A DNA stretch of 64,000 nucleotides, taken from the NCBI GenBank assembly GCA_030704615.1, contig CM060733.1:50406001-50470000 (forward strand), read 5' to 3'. The position numbers and the translations under genes were made by a program. The notes beneath the pieces were generated by a model. It ran no database searches. It had not been told where the DNA came from and saw only the letters and a program-made list of their open reading frames with translations. Source of the stretch: Takakia lepidozioides. Lineage: Eukaryota > Plantae > Bryophyta. Below are positions 26,590-40,192 of this stretch, piece by piece (positions within the stretch are counted from its first letter, which is position 1; each line of letters starts with the position of its first letter).

Positions 26590-27035
26590 TGAAAGCAGAC
26601 ACTACTGCATAGTGACTACTGATCCTTGGTACAATATGTGCTAAGTGGCGCTTCCTATGGTAATCCCGGTAAGAATGAGAACATTCCCTGGCGCTGGGGG
26701 AAGTGTCTATCATGCATTGTTGTCTATGCTTTCCCATAGCTAAAATGAGTGAAGTGAAGGTCGACGTCCGAGCTGCAGGGAACGTAGGGATGAAGACATT
26801 GAGGACTACACCCCGCCTAAAACCATGCAAATTTTGGACCCCCACACACTTGGCGTCCTCTGCTGCCTGCATTTCCACCAAGTAAACCGGCTCCAGAAGG
26901 CGAGGCTTGGCTGTGAGCTTACATCACCTTTCTGGCAGTTGGCATGATCTGGCCAGCACCACGCTGTATGGCATCTGCATGGAGAACCACGTCGCACACC
27001 TCAAATGCAATATCTGGCATATTTACAGAGGCACC
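26590..27035 (-). pseudogene. Diverged C-terminal fragment of translation elongation factor eEF2
   Basis: Minus strand reads [30 protein letters not shown], then a frameshift, then LTAKPRLLEPVYLVEMQAAE, matching eEF2 [44 protein letters not shown]. Confidence 0.8.
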
Positions 27036-27454
27036 ACATGTGAGTGAAATAGTTCAGAAAAAAGTAGGCATTGGCCTTTACAAGCTCCTTGTGCCTCCGC
27101 GCCGCCTCCCCAACTCACAGAGCGGTCAGGTACACATCTGAAACGGCCCGGAGCCTGAACCAACGAAAACATACCGAGTAAAAAATATGAGTAAGTTTCT
27201 ATGTTTCCCTGAGAAAGCTGGTATGGATGCATATCATAGAACCTTGCTCAACACCAAGCTGCTGCATGGAAATTACAGCTCGGGGATTATGATTTATAAA
27301 TCCGCAAGAGCAGCAGCGTTGTTTGTTGTTTTTATTTATTTATTTTTTTCCTCCAAATTTTCGCCTATGAAAAAACAGAAATATGTCAAATAATTTAAGT
27401 GTTTGATAGAACTATGCACATATCAAATTCTATAACTTATATAAAAATGGATAT

Positions 27455-28283
27455 CAGATGTTTTGTTTTGTTTTGTTTGTTTTGTAGCGTGGTTGACATC
27501 TCCCAAACCGCGGGCCAGCGCGGATGCTTGGTGCCGTTGGAAACCCCTCGACGAGGAGGGGTGCACGGGCTTGGTCTCATGATTTTTGGACCAGCGGTGA
27601 GGGAGATGTGGAATTCCAAGTACTTTTGGTCGCTGGGAATTCACAAAAAATAGCAAAAATGGCAAAGTGGGCATTCCTGGGACAATGGTTGGAGCCTCGA
27701 GGGGAGAGATATCAACGGACAGGTCTCCGGTTCAAATCTGGTCGTTCCTCTGTGGAAAAAAACTTACTTACATGACATTGGACACTCGGGCCAGCGGCAA
27801 AGGCTACCCTAGAGGTTGCATTTGGGCCTCGACATAGGAAACACACTTTGATACATAGGGGATTGCACTTGGACTTAGATGACATTGGACACTTGGGCCA
27901 ACGGCACATGCTACCCTAGTAATAATAATCAATACATGAAGCGAGACGTTTGTTTTGTTTTGTTTGTTTTGTAACGTTCGTTGAGATCCCCCAAACCGCG
28001 GGCCCAGCGTGGGTGCTTGGTGCCGTTGGAAAGCCCTCGTCGAGGAGGGGTGCACTGGCTTGGTCTCAGGATTTTTGGACAAGTGGTGTGGGAGATGTGG
28101 AATTCCAAGTACTTTTGGTCGCTGGAAACTCAGAAAAAATAGCAAAAATGGCAAAGTGGGCATTCCTGCGACAATGGTTGGAGCCTCGAGGGGAGAGATA
28201 TCAACAAAAAGATCTTCGGTTCAAATCTGGTCATAGGCTCTGTGGAAAAAAACTTACTTAGATGACATTGGACACTTGGGCTA
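27455..28283 (+). repeat. Two tandem copies (~0.48-kb spacing) of repeat family R2
   Basis: 27455-27800 and 27945-28283 align closely (CCCAAACCGCGGGCC..GTGCCGTTGGAAA..AAAAAACTTACTTA.ATGACATTGGACACT). Confidence 0.85.
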
Positions 28284-29477
28284 ACACCTCAAAGAATAAA
28301 ATATATATTCTGTCTCAAATCCCCTAATTTTTCATGGATGAAATCACCAAAATTTTCCAAATACAAAATAAGTTATGGATGAATTTGCAAAATATGGATG
28401 ATACATATGGATTATGGTACAGAGGTGGATGAACAGAATGTACCGCTATTTTCTGCCAAACTCTGTAGCCACTCGTGCTGTTTTGCAAATTTCTTAAAGA
28501 AAAACATTGAAGAGCAGTATCAAGACCCCAGGCCGAGGCCTGGCGGTTTAGGAGATCTCAACCACTAAACAAAATGCACTGCCATATTTAATATTTTGTA
28601 TATGTTTGATAAAAGGACAAGAAAGTTTTTTTGTATCCGTATTTGCTTATGTACTTCCACAGCTGTGGATAAAGTTTGACCAAAATGCATGGTTGACCCC
28701 TACTAGTAGGAGTGGATGCAAATATACATGACTTCTTGAAAGCAAAAATATATGGAATGGTGAAAATAAACTGCTAACTTTTCTCCAGAGCCATCTATTA
28801 TAAGTGGGTCTCATGTCTCATGTCCACAGAGTGAATAATGAATGTAAGGAGAATTAGCATATTCATTCATTCATCAACCTCTATACTAGTAAAAAACGTT
28901 GCATTGTCAGTCCATCTGCCCAGAGTGTAGTTGATTGTGTTAAGATGTTGACCATACTCATCATGAAGAGCTTTTTAGGTGACGTGACAAAATGCCAATG
29001 CTTATGAGGATGAGCTCTATATTTGATAGCAAGGGTTCCACATTTTTGGGAGTTGTTGTGACCTATGTGGATGTAAAGTAGCAAAATATGGATGTAAAGT
29101 ACACTCCTCATGACCTACTATGTTCCGATGATGGGATGTACCTGCCCTCGCTGCTCCCGGGGCTTGGCCTTGCTACATCCAGTATTTCCCCTCCTCTTGA
29201 GCGCTATCTAGTCCGTAGTCCCCCCAGTCCCAGTCTCTAGAGGGAGGAGGTTTGATAGCATGTAGCACAAGTGAATCTTTAGAATATTCCTGAAATATAC
29301 CATGAAGATACTATGGCGAAACTAGAATGTGTTGGGGCCTGATTTGTGAGCTGTCGCTACCAGGTGTTTCCCTTTTGAAAAAGAAAAAAAGAAAAAAAGG
29401 TTCACTCCGGAACAATTACGAAACTATTCCAAATGTATGCACCTAAGCACATATTGGAGGTTTTTAGAGATTCTGGC

Positions 29478-29763
29478 CAGTGTTTTTATTTCTTGCGAAA
29501 TTTCGCACTTTTTCGACCTCAAAAATCAAAATCGAATATTCTGTCGTAAATTCCCTGTTTTCTCATGGATGAAATCGCCAAAATTCTCAAAAAAAAATAT
29601 AAATCTTGGATGAATTCGCCTAATATGGATGATATACATGGATGAAAGTACAGAGGAGGATGATTCTGTCCAAATTTCAGTGGATGAGCAGAAAATATGG
29701 CTATTTCCTGCAAAACTCAGTAGCCAGTCCTGTTCTTTTCAAAATTGGGAAAAAAAAACACTG
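29478..29763. mobile_element. hAT-type MITE
   Basis: CAGTGTTTTT...AAAAACACTG termini and a perfect 8-bp TSD ATTCTGGC (29470-29477, 29764-29771); a partial related copy lies at ~28300-28509. Confidence 0.85.
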
Positions 29764-30219
29764 ATTCTGGCTTCGCTGGTGAAATTTGGCTCTTTTAGAA
29801 CTGTCATTGTTTCAGGTTATTCAGTTTCGCTAGAGAAACCTGAGTTTTGTCTCATATTTGTTGGTGTTGGTTTTTGTTGGTATCTGAGTGGTCCTAGCAA
29901 AATGCTATCTTTTGTGATATTATGAAGTAATAAAACAAAACAAAGTATTATTATTATTGTGTATGTCTGATGCATTATGAGGGTTTTAATTTGTTCTGGT
30001 AATCTTAAATAAGTTCCCACTTAGTTATCCTTTCAAAGAATACAATATTTATTACGGGTAATAATATAATTATATTTATCATAAAAGCTGTAAATATATA
30101 GTCACGGAGCATTTGAACCATGTGTCTGTCCTACATATTCTAGTTTCACGGAAACCTTGGGGACCCTATAATCGTGTTTTTGTGCTCATGCCTCCATTGC
30201 TCTAGCCGAAGCTGTCGTA

Positions 30220-30910
30220 AATACGAGCCACTTCACCTTGCGGCTGTTGCCCTTATGGGTGTTTGGCTCAATCCGACTATCCAATGACAGCTAAATATAA
30301 GGTCATCATTAATTTATTGTAAAAAACATGGAATGCACACACTATTGGCTCCGACGAACTGAACTGGATTTAAATTGCCTTGACACTAACGGATGGAAAG
30401 GTGTTAGGCCAAAGAAATTGTGAACAAAAGACAGATGGATTCACAAGGGTCTAGTATAATTGTTTCAAGTTATGAAGAAGCTGATCTATAATGCCGACTC
30501 AACCTTGATTAGCTTTATCTCTTTATCAATGCATTGGGAAGACCGGAGTTAAAGTTAAACATATGTAGCCGGCTGATATGAAAAACATCAAATAACCGCA
30601 AACACTGGTCGAAGCTCTCCCATCAACTGGCTCAACCCTCCCGGTCTTGGCCTAATTGTGGATTATCATTTAATTTTTGATTAGCTGTTGTGGACGGATC
30701 CGGTCAATGAAAGCATCTGATCACTGCTAGCAACCATTTTGTCATTTGGTAATCCATGAAGTTGCAAGTCTTCTCGGTTTTGGTTTCGCTCCCAATCGCT
30801 CCCGATAAATCCTGATGACAAAATAAACGTAGACGCTTTGTCGAAGCAATTGTAAATCGAGGTGTTCTTCCCCCTGAAGAGGTACCGCATACCTTTGACA
30901 TCCTACATGT
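30220..30910 (-). pseudogene. Highly decayed hAT transposase relic
   Basis: Fragmented motifs MD..TKW/SSDQML (cf. DxxTRWNSTxxML), WESFDQCLRLFDVF, FPSVSVKA..CAF and SRLSQTPIRA (hAT dimerisation-like); adjacent to ACCCG-rich subterminal-type repeats. Confidence 0.4.
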
Positions 30911-30960
30911 CAAAATAAATCTATTTAACTATACCCCGTATTTATTTATACCCATAGGGA

Positions 30961-31236
30961 CAATGTTTTTTAATCTGGCAAAAAATCGCCAGATTTCGAC
31001 CTGGAAAATGGGTCAGCTACTGTTTATGGGAATAAAAATCAAGAAAATCGCCATAAAGCGCCAAAGCTTAAATACCAGGAGCCAGATTTGTCCTACGTGG
31101 CCCTATTAAAATATGACACCTGTAATATAGCCTCTTTTCTATCTCTGTCACCTCATTATTCTCGCCACATGGGCGTTGGGTGTAATCTACATGTCGCCAT
31201 GCCTGCGATTTTGTAAAAGTGAAAAAAAAAACACTG
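30961..31236. mobile_element. hAT-type MITE
   Basis: CAATGTTTTTT...AAAAAACACTG termini; TSD CATAGGGA / CATAGGGT (7 of 8 match). Confidence 0.75.
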
Positions 31237-32129
31237 CATAGGGTATAAATGAGGATTTTTACTATTTATTTATACCCTTCAGATTCCACCAGCAGTAATA
31301 TATCCTTACCTGGAGGATAAATATAATTTTGAGAATATGGTATACCCGGACCGGGAGGGTAAAACAAAATAAATTTTCTTCTTACCCGAACCCCGAGGGT
31401 ATGTTTAAGACTATATACCCGCACAACACTGGCCAGTGTTGGGCGGGTATATTAAATACCCGGGTATATAATATACCCTGGCCCGCCAATTGCATGACCC
31501 GGGCCCTATTGGCCGCGTATTTAACTGCATCCTACCCGAACCGGACCCTAACCTGACTCCAAGCCTGTAAGGATACCCGCGGACCCTGCGGTTTCTATCT
31601 GCCTCGGGCCGGGTTTATCCCACATGGGCCATCTTTTTCTATTGGACCACACACTAATATGCTAAAAATGAATTGCTTACTCCCTTTTTCTATTAGACCA
31701 CAAGTAAATGTGTTCCGGGAAGTTCCCGCCCCGGTGGTTATTTTTTCCACCCCTGTGTGACTCCTTCTTATTTAATTTGATCAACAGGGCTTCTGTCACT
31801 TTTCTTAAGAGAAAAAAAGAAAAGAAAAAAAGAAAAAAGAAAAGTGTAAATGTGCCATGTAATTGCCAAGTAGTGCCATTGGGTATGTACCTTATGGCTT
31901 CTCAGGGGTTTTATTTTTCCCCTTCTTCATTATATGCCGATGGGTGTATTTTATTTTATTTTAGAAAAAGAGAGTGGTGTCCAATAGTCAGATTAAAAGG
32001 AGAAACAGGGAAAAACAAATCCTGAAGAAAGCCGTGAAGCATCCAAGGGGAACACGACTCCGAAACTTTTTATTTTTATTTTTTTTAAATTTTAGTCCAA
32101 CTCTTTTTTTATTTTCTTACCTCTTATAA

Positions 32130-32223
32130 CAGGAAGGTGGACACCTTCATGACACACCAGACGGTGGTTTGAACATCCAACGTGGTATGTGCCCATTACC
32201 ATTGGGCTACATGCTGGTTGTCA
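32130..32223 (-). mobile_element. tRNA-derived SINE, 5' half
   Basis: Reverse complement of ACAACCAGCATGTAGCCCA.TGGTAATGGGCACATACCACGTTGGATG..TTCAAACCACCGTCTGG, as in the 55821 copy. Confidence 0.7.
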
Positions 32224-33267
32224 CATTTTTTTAAAAGTGTTGAAAACATGAATTAGCTGCGCCATTTTCTATTGGACTGTTTTAAAGTTTTTTTTTCTTA
32301 TTATTGTGTTGTTCCATTATTTGCTTAAGGAAGATAATAGGAATAATAGGCCCGGACCCTTAATCTACCCTGACCCTGAGGGTATATTATATGAACACCC
32401 GGACATACCCTAACCCGGCAGATCTTATTTTACCCTGACCCGACCCGGATTGTATGTGCAAACAAATTTGAAACCCGGACCCGGAGGGTCCATTGTTTTT
32501 TTGAAAAGGGGTAACCCAGACCCTGAGGGTATATTGAATACATGTTATGGTGACCACATTTTCTCCATTGACTTCAACATGATGCAAAGTCTCTGCCCGG
32601 AAGGGACAGAGCCAAAAAAATCAGACATAACATGCTCTGTCTCATTTTACTTGAAAATTCTTTTCAAAATCTGAGAATCTGACCCCAGGAAGAGACACCG
32701 CTTGGTTCGGGAGGCGTCATCCTTTCTTTTACAATTTTTTTTTTTCCCCACATCGACCAGTTGACGGACGAAAACATCGAGCAACGAATGTGTAGCAATC
32801 CACGTGAGGATATGGACGATTTAGTTGCGACATGCCGTTCTGTTGGTGCATTGGTATACAGACCCAAAGAGGACGAAGGGGCTCGGGCAGCGAAAACAGA
32901 ATGGGGGATACGTCCAAGACCGCTCGCAGCGGCCCTCGCCCAGAGAGCTTTTCCCATTCTCTCGCATCTTCGCAAGGCTGGACCTGTGACGGCTGACGAT
33001 TGTTCTCGGGCATCGTTTTGTGGTGAGCGGCGGTGTCTATCAAGAGATTTCCGCGAGCTGTATTGCTCCTACCTTGCTTTGCCGATCCTGTAGAATCGAC
33101 TACCAAGTTGGTTCTCCCTAGAGCAGATAGTGTACTCTGCTTGAAGATCGCTTCCCCTCTGCTGAAACTATATTGTAACTCGGGATCGTGAGTTTCAGAG
33201 TGTAGCTATTTGCATTGTTTTTCTGGCATCAGGAGGTCGGCAAAAAGCAGCTTCACACGAGCTGAAA

Positions 33268-36200
33268 ATGGCAGGAGCCGTGTCTGGAGTGAGAACTGGG
33301 GTGCAGGCAATGTGCCCAGCAAGGAGAAACACTGTGGCTGGGGCATCCCCCGACCATGGCGCCAAGGTTGTCGGTTTTAGGCAGGTTTCCTCAGGCCTAG
33401 AAGGTGGGAAGACTTACATTGGCCTGCGGAAGGTGCTGCAAGCTAACCAAAGGAAATCAGCAGTGTCGTGCAACAGAAGATCAGTGGAATCTGAGACCCG
33501 AAAGGTGTGTTCCATTCCATGGCATTGCATGTACAGTACTTAGGTCACATACGGGTACCAAATTGCGGGAAGCTTCGAACCTACCTAGATTCCACTTCTT
33601 GCTCACGAGAATCGGTAATTGACAATTGAGCGACAACCGTAGTTGTCCATGTGCCCTTTCCTCTTACCAGTACACCACATCCAGACGATATTACGCACAG
33701 ACTTTCTCTCGCTCTCTACCTCTCTCTCCCGAGCAGAGAGTATATAACAAACTTCCGACTAAGAAAGTCGGTTGGTAGATTTTGTATATACTTCATGATC
33801 CACGTATCAAAGTCCACATCATTTATTCGACCGATCTGCTTTTTTGGGGTCAAATCGGTAGCAGCCTTAAGAAATTCCAGGACTATATTGGCCTTACAAG
33901 AAAGGTTTTTCAGGAAAATTGCAGAACCTCAGCAGGACCTCAGCACGCTCGAATAAGTGCAAGACGACGATAGTACGGATGTACGGTCACGCGGGCTCAT
34001 TGCACTAGCATATCGTGTCCAAAAGAAGCAAACCTGGGGCTTTAATTTCACTTCTGGACAGAAATCTTCACGGCAGAAATGGTAAGAAAAGAAGGTTCAT
34101 TAGAAAGTTTTAGCTGAAAAGACGTCCGGAGACAAGTGCCAGTTACAAAAGGAATCGCACGTGAAATATTTCTAGATACTACACTTTCATGTATGATCCT
34201 AGTGATACGCGACCATTTCGATCAAGGAAGTTTTAGAATCAGGAGAGTCCTCGGAGTAAATCTACCGCAGGTTGCTCATGGCCGCTTTGTGATCATCAAT
34301 GCAGGAGCTGGTTGAAGGGCCTGTGGCAAGTGCGGAAAAAGGTAAAGCGAATACTAGCGCTGCAAAAATAGTGAAATCTGCCACTGACAATTTGGTCAAA
34401 GCCGAGTATCATGCAGAGAAGCCTCCTACACCCCTGCTCGACACTGTGAACTACCCTGCTCACATGAAGAACCTCAACACGCAGGTACACAACAAAGTTC
34501 CAGTAGCTCCAGATTATTTCTGATAGTTGTCCATCGGCGATTTCATCTTCGAAGTGCCTGTCTTACAGTTGATACAAGTTTCAGTCTTACTTAACCATGC
34601 TGTCATCTGATGGGCCTGACGTACTTAACTCCATGTTATTGTGCTGTCTCAAAAAGGTGCTCAGCTGGCCAGGATTATTATCTAGATCACCTTGAGTACT
34701 AGCTATAGATCTACGACCTTCTCATACTGATGGTTCATGTGAAAGCTTGTACTTGCCTTCTTGATACTTGCTTGCGGACAGGTCTAGATCATACTGACCT
34801 CAAGTGGTCTCATGGATTTGATGAAACTCTAGAGCTATTCGATAAATGTGGGTGGGGGTACATGCATACTACCAGTGTTGATGGTATTTATACTACCTAT
34901 TACATAACACGCCATACAAACGTTACCAGGAGTTGAAGCAGCTAGCTGAGGAGCTGCGTACAGAGATGATCTTTTCAGTGTCAAAGACAGGCGGGCATCT
35001 GGGTTCCGGGCTGGGCGTGGTAGACCTGACAGTCGCTCTTCACCATGTTTTCAATGCTCCCGACGACAAAATCCTCTGGGATGTTGGCCACCAGGTACGG
35101 AGATACTGCTTTGACCGATTCTCCAACTTTCCATGATTTATTACCCCGCGCCCCAGCTTATTGAGATGAATGTTGGTCATCCCTACCCCAATTTCTAGAG
35201 CAGATCAGATTAGAAAGATACAAACCAGTGTGAAATGTCGTCCGGACGTCATGGTTTCTCCATATATGATAATCACTTGAGTGCTGTAAATGAATGGCCA
35301 GTTTCGCGATGATTTAGATTATCCCGTTGACACTTGAATGTTCATGGATGTTCAACGTTTTCATGGATCACTAACTGTCTATTTGCCGAAAACATTGATA
35401 TCTTTTGCAGACATACCCACACAAGATCTTAACAGGAAGAAGAGGAAAAATGCACACCATCAGGCAGACATCTGGACTTGCTGGGTTCACCAAACGTTCT
35501 GAAAGCGAATACGACGCGTTTGGGGCCGGACACAGCTCCACAACTATTTCTGCCGGCCTTGGTGTGTACTCCCACGCAAGCTTATGATCTGTATTACCGG
35601 TTGAACATTCGAATTTTATCATCCCCTGGGAATCATGGATCTTGAGAAACCAGCTCCGTTGCAATCCTAGTACATTCCCCTTCTCTGCTCAGGTCTAGCC
35701 TGGGATCTAGATAAAATGTGTGCTCAAGATATGTGTGTGCACATGGATCTGTTGTCTGTACATAGTGAGTTTCTGCTTCACCAGATAATCCAAACTGAAA
35801 AGTCCACCGTCTGCATGATGTTCGATATACAGGGATGGCAGTGGGAAGAGACCTCCAGGGAAGGTCTAACAATGTTATAGCAGTGATCGGAGACGGAGCG
35901 ATGACTGCTGGACAAGCCTATGAAGCCATGAACAATGCTGGTTTTCTGGATTCCAACTTAATTGTGTTGCTCAACGACAACAAGCAGGTGTCACTGCCCA
36001 CTGCCACTCTGGATAGCCCTGCCCCTCCTGTGGGTGCTCTCAGTCAGACTCTCAGTAAGCTGCAGTCCAGCAAAAAACTTCGACAACTACGCGAGGCTGC
36101 GAAGGTACCTTCATTTTCATCTGATTAAATTGTCAAAAGAAGATTAAGGGGAATATATCTTCGGGAGGATGGGGGACTGTGGATAGCGTCAAATATGAAT

Positions 36201-38706
36201 GCAAGTGTTGACATCTGAAGCACCCTATGTTTTACCCCTGAGATTATAGGTCAGACTACAGTCGCCAGTCCTGAATTCGCACAAGTTTTTCCTCAATCTA
36301 CAGTGTACCTTGCACCAGTTGATGTTGGCTCCTGAATGTGCAGGGTCTGACAAAGAAGATTGGGGGCTCAACGCACGAGATTGCCTCTAAAGTCGATGAG
36401 TATGCAAGAGGAATGATCAGTGGATCAGGTTCCACTCTGTTTGAAGAATTGGGTCTTTACTATATAGGTCCTGTTGATGGTCATAACATCAATGACTTGG
36501 TGACGATATTGGAGAATGTCAAGTCTACCCCGGCTGCTGGCCCTGTGCTTATCCATGTTATCACTGAAAAGGGTCGTGGGTACCCATATGCTGAGCGGGC
36601 TTCCGATAAGTACCATGGTGAGTGAAGATTTAATTTCTAACCCTGGACTGATCTATACCAAGATTTGTGTACGTATTCAGATATAGCAGGCTCGTCTTTC
36701 AATTGGTGTTCATATTTTAACAATGGCTTTCTGCATCCTGCTCATACTAGGTGTTGTGAAGTTCGACCCAGCAACTGGCAAGCAGTTCAAGCCGACGTCA
36801 TCGACGCTGTCCTACACACAATACTTTGCTGAGGCTCTCATAGCTGAGGCTGAGCAGGACAGTAAGATTATAGGCATCCATGCTGCCATGGGAGGCGGTA
36901 CGGGCATGAACTACTTCCAGAAACGCTTTCCCGACCGCACTTTTGATGTGGGTATTGCAGAGCAGCATGCCGTGACATTTGCTGCTGGGCTTGCCACTGA
37001 GGGCATGCGTCCCTTCTGTGCCATCTATTCTTCATTCCTGCAGCGCGGATATGATCAGGTGTGTGCAGCGCCTTTCAAATGTATTAACCACCTAGGAAGT
37101 TTGGAAGAAAGTGAATGGATCATTTTGATTAACTGTCAGCTTGTTCATGCATCACATCCAATGTGACCAGATAGTGTCTAGATTGTGTGTATATTGGACC
37201 TGATCCCAACTTTGATTCCCTCCATATTTGAGCATGGTTGGTAAAACGAGCCCGGGGAGACACCCGCTCATAAAATCACATCAAAGATATTCATGAAGAC
37301 CAAACGTCTCCCATTCCCAATCCCATTATACACCTTGACAATACCTTTGTAACGTGTTACTGTGTGTTTGTGTGGACTATTGACGGCAGGTAGTACACGA
37401 CGTAGATTTGCAAAAGCTACCAGTGCGGTTTGCTCTTGACAGGGCAGGACTCGTGGGTGCTGATGGGCCTACACATTGTGGAGCATTCGATGTCACATAC
37501 ATGGCATGTCTACCCAATATGGTGGTTATGGCTCCTGCAGATGAGGCCGAGCTTCTCCATATGATCGCCACAGCTGCTACCATTGATGATCGGCCTTGCT
37601 GTTTCAGATTTCCCCGTGGGAATGGAATCGGTGTCCCTCTGCCCAAAAACAACAAGGGTGTTCCTCTACAGGTATAGCTTCGGACTAGCAAATCAATGAG
37701 CCATTCTAGACATCCCGTCATGCTGACATTGTTCCGTTCCCTGAAACCAGGACATAGTACATGAGTATTAAAGGTGATTGTCGTGTAGAGATTATAAACG
37801 GACAAAATGTTCACTGGTATCTAACCAGATGAGTACTGGATGCTTCTGCAGATTGGAACGGGGAGAGTGCTGATAGAGGGTACACAAGTCGCCATAGTGG
37901 GTTACGGAACAATTGTGCAGAACTGCCTAGCAGCACAAGCTTTCTTGGCGGAGCGCGGCGTGTCAGTGACTGTTGCAGATGCTCGTTTCTGCAAGCCCTT
38001 GGACGGAGATCTTATACGAAGGCTTGCTAAGGAGCATGAAGTTCTCATAACCGTTGAAGAGGGCTCAATTGGAGGATTTTCCTCCCATGTCGCTAACTTC
38101 CTTGCCCTCCAAGGACTGCTGGACGGTCGCCTAAAGGTGAGCTGAAGGACCAGTACTTTGTACTTCAAATAGTTGCTTACTAGTTGGCGCCCACACAGGA
38201 AGCTGCTCTTAACATCACGATAGGACTCAAAGTAGATTCTCTAGTAGGAGAGCGACCCATTTCAGGACCATCGCGAACATAGTCCCTGCATCAAAATCTC
38301 CAAGCTTCAAACCTAAATCCCTGGCCCTGTTGCGATCCAATTGCTGGGCAGCTCACACACAACAGATTGCTTTTGTGAAGGCTTTTTAGCTCTAGAAAAT
38401 CTGGAAAACCAGGGAACTAATTGTTTCTATCAAGCTAAATCCTACTAGCCCCTCACAAAGTTCTTTTCCCTCTAGTTTCACCCAAACTGGGCACAAGGCT
38501 AACACAAGCTAAGTAGAGACTCTCTGACGAAATTTATCTTGATGTTGCAGTGGAGGCCAATGGTGCTTCCTGACAGATACATAGATCACGGATCACCCAA
38601 GGACCAGATTGAGGAGGCTGGTCTGTCGGGTTTACAGATTGCATCAACTGTCCTTTCGATTCTAGGCAGATCTCGAGAGGCACTACACCTAAGCAACAGT
38701 GTTTAA
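33268..38706 (+). CDS. DXS: 1-deoxy-D-xylulose-5-phosphate synthase (plastid MEP pathway), 10 exons, ~769 aa
   Basis: Exons 33268-33504, 34305-34484, 34930-35094, 35411-35561, 35833-36104, 36344-36617, 36751-37058, 37390-37671, 37852-38136, 38551-38706 (2310 nt). Motifs [66 protein letters not shown]; N-terminal transit-like region. Confidence 0.96.
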
Positions 38707-38976
38707 ACCTACACATACAAGAGGATCAAGAAAATCTGTTTTTATCAATCAGATGTATCGAGGAAGCCTGTGAATGATCCATTGAGAGCTGTACATACGA
38801 GTTGATTCCAGTACAAGACACCAAAGATTGGAAGGGGGTGGACAGTGAAGGAAGGTACCTAAGTTTAGTACCCTGTACAGACGACCAGTACAGTCAGGGA
38901 GGTTAGAGAATAACAACGGTCAGTCCAATGGCCGGCTATTTACCCTGATGTTGAAAATATTCTTGGGGGCTAAACA

Positions 38977-39090
38977 CCTAGTGGTAATGGGCACATACCA
39001 CATTGGATGTGGTTGTGGGCTCAAACCACGGTCTGGTGTGTCTGGAAGGCTGTAGCCCTTGTGGTGAGAGAAACCATAATTTACGCTCTT
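38977..39090 (+). mobile_element. tRNA-derived SINE copy
   Basis: CCTAGTGGTAATGGGCACATACCACATTGGATGTGGTTGTGGGCTCAAACC..GTAGCCCTTGTGGTGAGAGA.ACCATAATTTACGC. Confidence 0.7.
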
Positions 39091-39619
39091 CATAAGTTAT
39101 CGAGGTACTTGGCAGTGCCGCAAGGGCAGGTTCCAAAAAACTCGACATTGATGACATGGCAACGAAACGTGGTGACAATGATGTGGCATGGCACCCTATT
39201 CTCGTTCTACGCTAAAACTAGTCTTCTACCTTAGTGTCACTAGAATTTTACATTTGGAGGAATGCTAAGTCGTGAGCATGCTCATGCTTCGCCACGCTCA
39301 CGGGAGAGGGGGCCGTAACCGCAGATATTTAACCTATTTCCGTGCATTTCCATACATTCACCTCTTGTCAACATTTATCCCATGATTGAATGGCAACGAA
39401 TGTAATCACAAAAACCAATTTCGCTAACGAAACCCAAGTTTGTGCCCACGCGAGTTCAATTTCGGACAAGAGCTTGAAAGGAGAAACCCTCAAAAAAATA
39501 AAACAATTTTGCTGATCTAAAGCTATGATGAGTTTACACTGTCGAACGACGAGATGTTGCACGTGGTGTTATATTTATTTTGGATGTCATTATTTTGCAT
39601 TCATTGCCTATTATGTTGC

Positions 39620-40192
39620 TGTTGACGCCCACATAATTCGTGGACCTCCCGTAAGTCCTCCAATGACAAAATAAAGCGATTGTTTTTTTTCAAAGAATAT
39701 TGTGTGAGGACTCATGTGGGTGTTAACACCCACATAAACTCTAGACCTCACGCAAGTCGTCCAATGACACAATAAAGCGATTTTGTTTAAAATTTTTAAA
39801 AATAATTATATGAAGACTTATGTGGGTGTTGACGCATAATTGGTGGACGCAAGTTCTTCAATCACCAAAACATAATAATAATAATAATTTATTTTTTAAA
39901 TAATTATATAAAATGTGAGGATTTATGTGGGCGTCAACTCGTGGACCTCCGCAGGTCCAATGACATTATAAAAGAATCCAAAAAAACTTATAAAAAGACG
40001 TATGTAAAATGTGAGGACTTATGTGGGTGTTGACGCCCATATTATTCGTGGACCTCCCGCAAGTTCTCAAACGACACAATAAAAAAATAAAATTCAAATT
40101 ATTTCGGAAAAAACAAAAACATATCATGTCATAACATAGTTTTGTGAGGTCTAGGAATTATGTGGTCGTCAACGCCTACATAAGTCCTCACA
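39620..40192. repeat. ~100-bp tandem repeat (about 5 units) plus one inverted unit, probably the interior of a TIR element (possible TIRs ~39264 / ~40418)
   Basis: The unit GTGAGGACTTATGTGGGTGTTGACGCCCACATAATTCGTGGACCTCCCGCAAGT recurs; inverted copy at 40143-40190; GCTAAGTCGTGAGCATGC pairs with GCCTGCTCACGACGTAGC. Confidence 0.7.

Noticed and set aside
7097-38706. GS1, uL15m and DXS as a functional gene cluster
   Set aside because: Unrelated pathways and compartments, separated by TE-rich DNA; an ordinary gene neighbourhood.
39620-40192. ~100-bp repeat with variable AT-rich linkers as CRISPR-like
   Set aside because: The linkers are homologous low-complexity sequence; the pattern fits TE subterminal tandem repeats.
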